A stretch of DNA of 64,000 nt from Macrostomum lignano (taxonomy: Eukaryota). A model generated the notes under the pieces. It had not been told where the DNA came from. It worked only from the letters and a program-made list of their open reading frames with translations, and searched no databases. How positions within the stretch are numbered: the first letter of the stretch is position 1; each line of letters starts with the position of its first letter. Where the stretch lies: assembly GCA_002269645.1 (NCBI GenBank), contig NIVC01004007.1:1-64000 (forward strand). The letters are read 5' to 3'. The position numbers were made by a program, and so were the translations under genes. Positions 45,801 through 53,359 of this stretch are shown here, one piece after another.

Positions 45801-48800
45801 TAAAGTGTGTCTAACTTTTGGGGAGACAGTTTACTGGTATTTTTGTAAAATAATATGTGAAATGCTTGGTAGTACTCGTATATGTATATGATTTAACTAT
45901 AAAATACATATATATGTAACTCCATTTGACATATAATACTAAGCAACTATGCCAAAGTGACCCTAAGCCTTCCTGCTGTTCGCCGTGGCAGGGGGTAGCC
46001 TTTTGGCTGACTGCATGGTGGTGTATCCAGTCCCCGAGCGGTCTTTTTTCTTTTTTTCTAAGTTGCGTTTTCCCCGTTTCAGCTATTCTTCTATGGATTC
46101 TGAACTTAATTTTGAACTAAACATTTGTATACTAAAATTCTGAACTCACGCGGCAACTCACGCGGCCGGGGTCCGATAATCCCTCAACCCTCCAACTCGG
46201 AGGCAACTATCCCCGCGGATGCTACCCCAAGCGGGGGAAACTCTACTCCCACTGGCGGAGATTTTGGTGATACCATCACGCAACATGATTGCGAGGCTAA
46301 CGCGTCCCCAGCCCCCATGAGGACCCGAAGAGCTCCAAGGGTAGAGGGACAGCCGGCTCCTACGCCAAGACGGCATCTGAGCCCCACCAAGAAATATGTG
46401 TCCTTGCGGCTACTGGGTCACTGAACGATGCTCAGTTGGAAGGCGCCGTCGCTCTCGGCGGAGTTAAAGTTGAATCCATTAGGTTCAATCCCTTAGGTTT
46501 AACCTAAGGGCTACCGGACGAGCGACAATCCACCTCCTGGACTCTCCAGAGGGGGACCGCGCTGCGGACACCGGCACCACCGGAACTCCCTGCGCGACAC
46601 CGCAGCACTAGCTACCCGTGGTGGCTAGGGGTTAGCGAAATGGGCGGCAACGCCTCCTCGCTGTTTCCGGACGCACGGAGCCCCCTGCAGCTAAGTCTAA
46701 GTAATCCATTAGGTTCGCTAATGGCAATCTCATCCTCGCTTTCCAGAGCGAGGACCAACTGAACACCGCATGTACTAGCAAGACGAAGCTCCCGGAGCTG
46801 GTCATTAAGAAAGCTTGCCCGCCGCCTCCATGTAAGAGGTACAGGGCTTTCTACTCGGGTACCAGAGCGATCGAGAAAATCTGTGGTCGTCTGGTCGCTA
46901 AGCATCCCGAGTTGCCCGCAGACGGCCTTCGGGCCTTCAAGTGCCGGCCAAAGATGGCAACGGGAAAACGCTCTACATGGGCCTCTCCGCCGACTGGGAG
47001 CACCACATGCAGAGGACCGGCCACGCTGCCTACGGTGGGTCCAATGATGATATTACCTCCTAATCTACACATTGTGCAGATCAACCTGCACCACGCGGTC
47101 GCAGCCTCCAGTGGCCTCACCGACACCCTTGAAGCATGCTTAAGCGCAACCTTGGGATTCACTCGGCCGTTTCTATTGGCAACACACACATGTAAGTCGC
47201 TATTGGACGGAATAGTAGTCACGTGACTGCTCTCAGCCAATAGCGACTTACATGTGTGTGTTGCCAATAGAAACGGCCGGGTGATTCCCAAAGTTGCGCA
47301 TGTATGCCTTGAAGGCACCAGTATGGACATTTACCTCATTCAGGAGCCCTACGCCGTGCAAGGTAAGCCTACTTTGTTGCCGAATGGTTACCAGATCCTT
47401 TTCCTATCTGAAGGTGAAGCCCTTAGGGCCATTGAACAAGTGGGGCAACCATATGACAAATTTTCGTTATAGTTGTTGTCTCATCATTTGTTCATAATTC
47501 TGCTGCTGCTTTAAATGCCCATCACTTTGAGGAGGTGCTGTGAAGTGATTGAAGTCATGTAGATGCTAGATGCTAGATGCTAGATGCTAAGATGCTACTT
47601 AGTGATAAGCTACTTAGAAACAGCAATACACTGGACTAATTTTTGGTTAGCCTTATTTGTTTACTACATTCTTTTCAGTGACTTTCATTGAATGTATTTT
47701 AGTAACTGTTGATGGCTGCTACTGCGTTAGTCTTCGTAGCCTATGGTTGCATAGATTAGATCACATAATTTAGCCTGACTAATGTAGGCGTTTTGGATGT
47801 ACGTAAAGCGGTTAACTACAATCTTTCTACTGCTGCATTACAGCTAATGCCGAGCAATGATGTACGTTATTATTCGATAATTGTGGCGAGCAATCGCCTG
47901 GAGAGTGTCACACTGTCCCGCATAGTGCACCCTGCTCCAGCGCCAACTGAAGTGGGCAACAAGGTCCAGGTGGTGCCGGGCCAAGATCGTCACCCCAAAA
48001 GTGACTCGCTTCGAGGCCACCATCATCTGGAAGGCTTTCGCGACAAGTCGGCCACTAACAGCGTCCTACGGTCGCTTCAGCTCGCCCCCTCCAGCGACGT
48101 TGAGCTCCCGACAAGTCGCCAGGGTACCGGCCTGACCACCTGTGCTGTTCGCGCCAGCATGACCGACGATGCGTCGATTGTTGAACTCAACAGGCAACTT
48201 CGTACTAGGATGAGTCCATCGCCGAGCTCAACGACGACCTTCGCGCCAGAGTTCAGCCTGGCTGCGGTTAAAGCGGCGATCGACCGCTCCACTAAGTCCC
48301 GTTTCAATGCAGACTACAGCGCGGAACCGCACTGCATCACGCACCGCCTGACCACAGGAAACGGCGCCAGACCCAAAAGATTGCTCTCCAGAAAAGACGA
48401 GGTCTCTCTCGCTCAACTCCGTACCGGCCACTCTCCCCTGCTCCAGCAGTACTGCCACCGCATCGGCCTAGCCGACAGCCCAACGTGCCCGCACTGCGGC
48501 GAAGCCGATGGGGACCTGGAGCATCTGATCAAGGTATGCCGTTCTCACGAACAAGCCAGAAACCGGCACCTCGGCCAAAAAACCAGAGCTTCCAAGCGCT
48601 CAGCGACAGTTGCAGACAGGTGGTGGACTTCTTGAAGGAGGTCGGGGCACAGACCCGCCCCCGGACTGACTGGCCGGAAACAACAACAACCTTCGCGCCA
48701 GCGACGCGTCCATCGCGGAGCTTAACGGCAAAATTCGAGTCAAGGATGCGCGGATTAGTGATCTACTTTGCCGCTTGGACACCAGCGAGCAGCAGCTGGA

Positions 48801-51322
48801 AGATGACGAGCAGCAAATTCGCCAAATGGCAGCTGCCAGGGAGCGTGCTGAACAAGCCGAGCAGGAGGCATTAGCCAAAGGGCCCATCATGGAGTAGATC
48901 AAGCAGCTGGTAGAGAGAATTATTGATGGCAATGCCTGTGGCCAGGTGGCTGGTCAACCGCAGCCTGCTGCCCACTCAGTCGCAGAACAGCCGACTTGGG
49001 CGCTGATCGTCAAGGAGTCACCTCTCTGGGCAGGGATGCCAAAGGTGACACTCACCCCAACCCCGTGGGCCGATGTGCACAGAGCTGCGCATCGATTCTG
49101 TGCGACACGCCACAACTCGCACATGACGGCTCTAGTGCGAGTTCTAGTACGCAACATTTTTGAGCCGACCGAAATTGCTGCTTGCATGGTGTCTGGCAGG
49201 AAACGCCATGGAGTTCAGCCGGACATGCACAAGATGGCGGCCATCCGCGTCTTTGTTGGCCAGTTCGCCGGGGACATACCACAGGGGACATTCTCGGACG
49301 TTTTTAAATATCTCACTAACAGGCACAAAGTGGCAACCCGCTTGTACCGCACAGATGGGCGCACGTGGTGCCACTGTGCCACTAGCCGCCGACACTGTGA
49401 CAAGATGCACTGTGGCAGCCGGCCAGGAAATGGAGCCATTTCTTGACGAGAGAGCTTTCTCTTCATGAGTTTTTGCTCTCTCGGACTCGCTTGTTAGGAC
49501 TTTATAGCGCAGTTTTTTGTTGCAATCCGTTTGTTTTGTATGGTTCTTTTTTTAACGTTTTTTCTTAGTTTTTTTATTGCATTTCTAGTTATTACACCAG
49601 AATGCAGAACGTGTACCTGTTTTCTACACGTTCATTACCATCAAACTTTACCAAAACTTTAAACTTTTTAATCTATTTTTTCGTCCTAAGAAAGGGCACA
49701 TGGACTGCATGTGCAGCTGTCCAGTATTGGGAAATCTATTAGGATGCATTAAGCGATAGTATTGTATTGTAGTATTGAATTTAAATTTCGCAAAATCCAC
49801 TCTGAGGAGGCGCGTACATGACGTAGTTGGTGATCTACATGCACAAATCGCACACAGTGAATCAAACAACGGAGTAAATTTACTCTTGGTTACTAAACGT
49901 ATCTCGTAAATGGGATGACGAAATTTGCTGTTGCTTATAAGTTATTTAACCTTTAAAGTTATTAGTTAATTAACCCTCAATATTAACCCCATTTTTCAAC
50001 GGGAAGGCAAGACACAGCCAAGACACAGCAGGCAGCATATGGAGGATTCTCCCATTGGATGGTTTTATTCTCAGTTAGACTGTCCACAGCAATATCCATG
50101 TCTTTATGTAACGCAAAGATAACATATGAGATCTCGATTTTTGGGCTTAAATTCATTGGTATGAAGCGACAGTTACATGAACACTGTTTGGTCAAGGCTC
50201 AAGTCTCTTCAGGTGGCGAAATTATCGTATTAATCAAGTAAATTGTTTACAGAGTTTGTTTTATTAGGCTGATAAAAAATGGAAATTTGAGCTCTGAGTT
50301 TGTGTAATATTGACCCATTCGTGTATAAATTTGTGCTGAAATCCCATGAACAGATGCAGAGATTTGAACGGTGTCTTCTAAAAACTAAAAGCAGTCACCA
50401 TTTACTCACCAAACGATGAACCGGCGGTCCCGAGGTCGCCATCCTCGCCAACAGTACCGGAGGTTGCCGCTGCCGCAGCCGTAGCCGAAGCCGACGCATC
50501 GATAAGTCCATCATCCGGCAGCACGGTCTCGGACCAGATTCGGCAGACATTATCTTCGCACGAGGTAATTAATAAATTAGCAACGCAACCGCGCGGTATC
50601 TGCTGACTAGTCTGACGCCAGGAGAAGCCGGTCACGGGTGCCGGATGGGACAGGTAGGCAAAGTTAAATGACGGCGGCCGATCTTCGCCAACAGCAGCCG
50701 AGTCCAGCTCGGCAAAGCCAGGCGGATTGTCCCGATACCAGATCTTTAGAAACGGGTCATTCCGACCGTAGGAAGCGAAGAACAGGCCGTCTGGAGAGAA
50801 GCGTACGTGATCTACCGGTTTAGACAGCTTCTGGCCCCAGGCGCAGCGCCATTTGACTGGCCCGGTAGGTTCCGGCTCGTCCGGATAATCGTCCACAATG
50901 ATGGTGAACGCGGCCGCCGATACCCAGATCTGGATTGACTCGCCAGCCGTGATTAGATAATCACCATTGGGACTCCAGGCCAGATCCGTGACCGGACTAT
51001 CGGCGCAGATTTCGCCAAATCGTTTCCATTTGAATGGAAAATAGGCGTCCTCGTGAGCGACTGGAACGGGCTCGAATATGACAATGTGATCGCCATAGGA
51101 GGCGGCAATTTTGCCAGTCTCCTGGCTGCAGTCTAAGCCACTAATTTGCACCTGGCCGTGTGTGACGCCAGGCAGAATTTGAACCCGTTTAAAGCCGCCA
51201 TCTAGGATTACTAAATCGCAGCCGCTGGCGTAAGCTATGAAAGTGGCGCCTTCGACTACGCCGCGCGAGAACGCCCTAGCAGTGGCGTTGCAAGAGCCGG
51301 TTAGAATCTGATGTAGTCGCAT
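19423..51322 (-). CDS. DMXL1: DmX-like protein / rabconnectin-3 alpha (DMXL1/DMXL2/Rbcn-3A orthologue), 13 exons, two apparent 1-nt frameshifts
   Basis: Recognised motifs in the expected order: [57 protein letters not shown], Rav1p_C region ([23 protein letters not shown]), KWPGI, C-terminal WD40s and [12 protein letters not shown]. Exon phases are compatible except at the flagged sites. Summed exons give about 9.5 kb of CDS. Confidence 0.95.
19880..20490. repeat. Minisatellite, 33 bp unit, DMXL intron 12
   Basis: ACAGGTGACACTTTCTGTGCGCTTATTCTGAAA grading into ACAGATGACACTTTCTGCACGCTTGTCCCGGGA. Confidence 0.95.
20580..21127 (-). CDS. DMXL1: DMXL exon 12 (frameshift at ~20756)
   Basis: Acceptor TTCCAG, donor GTTAGC; WD40 motifs switch frame at NAALW/DTLLP. 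Confidence 0.87.
21160..22445. repeat. Minisatellite, 24-25 bp unit AGTAGGCTGCTCAATGGGATAA(C/T)C, DMXL intron 11
   Basis: About 50 units; a variant block starting near 21421 recurs about 495 bp later. Confidence 0.97.
22512..23224 (-). CDS. DMXL1: DMXL exon 11
   Basis: Acceptor TTCATCAG, donor GTAGAG; [10 protein letters not shown] and [12 protein letters not shown] motifs. Confidence 0.9.
23385..24570. repeat. Minisatellite, 20 bp unit GGTTTTGAGATACTTCAGAT, DMXL intron 10
   Basis: About 59 units, turning into a 40-bp dimer at the right end. Confidence 0.97.
24693..25780 (-). CDS. DMXL1: DMXL exon 10 (frameshift at ~25351-25367)
   Basis: KWPGIAHL and VWGAVFGGG in one frame, DEMSKQR and YAWLLMR in another. 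NAGNAG acceptor TAGCAG; donor GTTTGT. Confidence 0.85.
26183..29655. repeat. 3.5-kb purine-rich compound minisatellite (18-mer GGCGGCAGGGAGGAGAGA and 25-mer with extra GGAGAGA), DMXL intron 9
   Basis: Seen directly; almost no T on the plus strand. Confidence 0.98.
29715..31496 (-). CDS. DMXL1: DMXL exon 9
   Basis: [25 protein letters not shown] and [21 protein letters not shown] motifs; phase 1/1. Confidence 0.92.
31590..32260. repeat. Minisatellite, 16 bp unit GAATTATATCACACCT, DMXL intron 8
   Basis: About 40 tandem units. Confidence 0.97.
32378..32864 (-). CDS. DMXL1: DMXL exon 8 (Rav1p_C region)
   Basis: [20 protein letters not shown] and [11 protein letters not shown] motifs; TTAG acceptor, GTGAGC donor. 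Confidence 0.93.
32971..33291 (+). mobile_element. Full-length tRNA-derived SINE (family A) with 13-bp TSD
   Basis: TSD TAGGCCTGACGAT at 32958-32970 and 33292-33304. A-box-like TGGCCAAGCGCGG, anticodon-loop-like CTCATGT and B-box-like GGCTCGATTCC. Confidence 0.88.
33355..34978. repeat. Satellite, 56 bp unit, ~29 near-identical copies, DMXL intron 7
   Basis: CCTGAG starts at 33377 and 33433 (period 56); two variable positions seen. Confidence 0.98.
35116..35658 (-). CDS. DMXL1: DMXL exon 7
   Basis: Acceptor CTCAG, donor GTGAGC; [16 protein letters not shown] motif. Confidence 0.9.
35715..35985. repeat. Minisatellite, 24 bp unit GCGACCACATGACCGACATGGTAA, DMXL intron 6
   Basis: About 11 units. 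Confidence 0.95.
36036..36921 (-). CDS. DMXL1: DMXL exon 6
   Basis: [40 protein letters not shown] motifs; donor GTAAGT. Acceptor ambiguous (36921 or 36928). Confidence 0.88.
37005..37725. repeat. Minisatellite, 24-25 bp unit CCCATTGAGCAGCCCTACTGATTAT, DMXL intron 5 (reverse complement of 21160-22445 family)
   Basis: About 29 units; reverse complement matches the intron 11 units. Confidence 0.97.
37750..38383 (-). CDS. DMXL1: DMXL exon 5
   Basis: Acceptor ATTCAG, donor GTAAGT; [16 protein letters not shown] and [20 protein letters not shown] motifs. Confidence 0.9.
38430..38730. repeat. Minisatellite, 34 bp unit, DMXL intron 4
   Basis: GACAGGTGAC at 38463 and 38497 and onward; about 8 units. 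Confidence 0.95.
38737..39082 (-). CDS. DMXL1: DMXL exon 4
   Basis: Acceptor CACTGCAG, donor GTGAGT; phases 0 in, 1 out. Confidence 0.88.
39280..39830. repeat. (GACA)n microsatellite, DMXL intron 3
   Basis: Seen directly. Confidence 0.97.
39851..40470 (-). CDS. DMXL1: DMXL exon 3
   Basis: Acceptor CCGCAG, donor GTGAGT; [18 protein letters not shown] and [12 protein letters not shown] motifs. Confidence 0.92.
40545..40790 (-). mobile_element. SINE related to family A, DMXL intron 2
   Basis: B box GGTTCGATTCT, then CCGCTGTACACCCTGTG..CATGACTGCG..TGCTCAG..GGAATGGGC shared with family A. Confidence 0.65.
40877..41524 (-). CDS. DMXL1: DMXL exon 2
   Basis: Acceptor TTTAATCAG, donor GTGAGT; WLNNK and [16 protein letters not shown] motifs. 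Confidence 0.92.
41874..42029. mobile_element. MITE-like element with ~33-bp imperfect terminal inverted repeats
   Basis: TAGAAGATAATGCATGGCTGTTAGTGTTGTATT (41874-41906) versus AATACAACCCTAAAAGCCATGCATTATCTTCTA (41997-42029). Confidence 0.65.
43414..44969 (+). mobile_element. Tc1-family DNA transposon, DD37E (TRT-like), TA TSD
   Basis: TIR CACTGCGTTCCAAGTTATTAAGCAAA versus TTTGCATAATAAGTTGGAACACAGTG (3 mismatches in 26), TA on both sides, central transposase ORF. Confidence 0.95.
43687..44699 (+). CDS. Tc1 transposase (DD37E); true C-terminus [10 protein letters not shown] reached via 1-nt frameshift at ~44666
   Basis: [12 protein letters not shown]-terminus, [25 protein letters not shown]-(37 aa D-to-E)-NPIENLW. 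Confidence 0.92.
46100..47425 (+). mobile_element. 5' fragment of a non-LTR retrotransposon (R1/LOA-like): degraded ORF1 and start of ORF2 apurinic endonuclease
   Basis: After removing the MITE, ORF2 reads [36 protein letters not shown] (APE N-terminal motifs). An overlapping upstream frame ends at TAA 47061-47063. Left boundary approximate. Confidence 0.75.
47135..47306. mobile_element. 172-bp fold-back MITE with 8-bp TSD CCTTGAAG (hAT-like)
   Basis: TSD at 47127-47134 and 47307-47314; arms of ~60 bp are near-perfect inverted repeats around a central GTCACGTGAC. Confidence 0.9.
48159..49446 (+). pseudogene. Coiled-coil + BEN-domain gene remnant, interrupted by a LINE, a frameshift and a premature TAG
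   Basis: Four 14-aa coiled-coil repeats ([56 protein letters not shown]). TAG at 48895-48897. BEN-like helix pattern [41 protein letters not shown] (~49117-49350). Start uncertain. Confidence 0.65.
48250..48688 (+). mobile_element. 5'-truncated LINE (I-group-like ORF2 C-terminus with CCHC knuckle), (CAA)n tail, 13-bp TSD
   Basis: [27 protein letters not shown]; tail AAACAACAACAAC; TSD ACCTTCGCGCCAG at 48237-48249 and 48689-48701. Confidence 0.88.
50410..51322 (-). CDS. DMXL1: DMXL exon 1 (N-terminal WD40 repeats)
   Basis: ATG at 51322; donor GTGAGT at 50409; phase 1. Confidence 0.93.
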
Positions 51323-51619
51323 ATTTTCGTTAACGTCTACTTATAGTAGAATTCAATAAAATAAAACTGGGTGCAGGCAGGATAAGGCAAAGGGAGAGAT
51401 CGAAAATGGCGAAGCAAAACCCGCTGATAGCAGGCGCCGTGTCCGTGGCAGCAGCTCTCTGTCACAGAGCCTACGCAGCATGCATTCATTTCACAACTAA
51501 CAGTTTTAGAACTATAGATAGATAGAAACAAACATTTATGGACTAAATCAAGTATTCTGAGTCATCCATCATCAGTCGGAGTAAAAAATTAAACGTTTAG
51601 CGCTTACGGTTGGCCCTAC

Positions 51620-52440
51620 GAAGGATTAGGGATTTAGGGCGGCCTTATGAAGTCTTAGGGATCTGGGGTGACCTTATGAAGTCTTAGGGATTTGGGGTGG
51701 CCTTATGAAGTCTTAGGGATTTGGGGTGGCCTTATGAAGTCTTAGGGATTTGGGGTGGCCTTATGAAGTCTTAGGGATTTGGGGTGCCCTTTTGAAGGAC
51801 TAGGGATTTGGGGTGGCATTATGAAGGACTAGGGATTTGGGGTGGCCTTATGAAGGACTAGGGATTTGGGGTGGCCTTATGAAGGATTAGGGATTTGGGG
51901 TGGCCTTATGAAGGATTAGGGATTTGGGGTGGCCTTATGAAGGACTAGGGATTTGGGGTGGCCTTATGAAGGATTAGGGATTTGGGGTGGCCTTATGAAG
52001 GACTAGGGATTTGGGGTGGCCTTATGAAGGATTAGGGATTTGGGGTGGCCTTATGAAGGATTAGGGATTTGGGGTGGCCTTATGAAGTCTTAGGGATTTG
52101 GGGTGGCCTTATGAAGTCTTAGGGATTTGGGGTGGCCTTATGAAGGATTAGGGATTTGGGGTGGCCTTATGAAGGACTAGGGATTTGGGGTGGCCTTATG
52201 AAGGATTAGGGATTTGGGGTGGCCTTATGAAGGACTAGGGATTTGGGGTGGCCTTATGAAGGATTAGGGATTTGGGGTGGCCTTATGAAGGACTAGGGAT
52301 TTGGGGTGGCCTTATGAAGGATTAGGGATTTGGGGTGGCCTTATGAAGGACTAGGGATTTGGGGTGGCCTTATGAAGTCTTAGGGATTTGGGGTGGCCTT
52401 ATGAAGGACTAGGGATTTGGGGTGGCCCTGTGAAGGATTC
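51620..52440. repeat. G-rich minisatellite, 29 bp unit GGCCTTATGAAGGATTAGGGATTTGGGGT
   Basis: About 28 units; period 29 (51672, 51701). Confidence 0.97.
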
Positions 52441-52899
52441 GGGATGGATCATTCGAAGGATCATAAGAGACGTGAATCATAAAGACAATCTTAACAGCTT
52501 AATAAGGCAAATAACTTGACAGACAAAGAAAGATGTGCATTAATAGCTGAATAAATGTACAAACGAGGAAACGTATTTTATTGATCAATTTATTTCATTA
52601 CAGATCGGGTCGCACAGCATTAGTATGCGCGCTAGACAAGCGAAAATGTAAAGCAAACAGCGGATACAATGCAAAAGAACGAACAAGAGAACCCACAGTG
52701 CATTTTTATTTTGCGATAAGTAATCACGAAATAATGACGATGAAGCCAAGAGGATTATTAAACTGTCGGCGTCAACTAAAAACAAAGGATTCTGCGACCA
52801 GCTTTTGATCCCGACGTAGAAACTGTTCTATAAATAAGTCAGACGCGCTTTGTTAAACTTAGAATGTAAACAAGTAAATATTTGAAATAAATCAAGGCG

Positions 52900-53170
52900 A
52901 TTCTTAAAAATAGTGTAAGGACGATTCTTAAAAATAGTGTAAGGACGATTCTTAGAAATTGTTATAGGGAGATTCTTAGAAATAATATTAGGGCGATTCT
53001 TAGAAATAGTATTAGGGCGATTTTTAAATTATATTAGGGCGATTCTTAGAAATTTTTATATGGCGATTCTTAGAAACAGTAGTAGGGCGATTGTAAGAAA
53101 TAATTATATGGAAATTCTTAGAAATTCTTAGTTATAAGGGCGATTCTTCGAAATAACCAGAAGGGCGATT
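52900..53170. repeat. Diverged ~25-bp array with core GGCGATTCTTAGAAA
   Basis: About 11 cores separated by variable AT-rich linkers. Confidence 0.8.
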
Positions 53171-53359
53171 CTGAGGTACAGTTTAGTCTGTTATAATTTA
53201 CCTAATTGACAATAAATTATGTCCAATCGGTTTCCAGCTGGGCAATTCCGTATTGATTTTCATTCAATATAATTTGCTACTGTGTATTATGTTAAAAAAA
53301 ACATCAAAGGAAACAAACAGCAAACGCAAAAGCATTAGAACAAAAAGTACGGTAAGCAA

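Noticed and set aside
47793-48635. Single 280-aa ORF
   Set aside because: Chance in-frame fusion of the BEN-gene 5' part with an inserted LINE fragment, as shown by the TSD.
51620-52440. Interstitial telomere
   Set aside because: TTAGGG occurs once per 29-bp unit, not as tandem hexamers.
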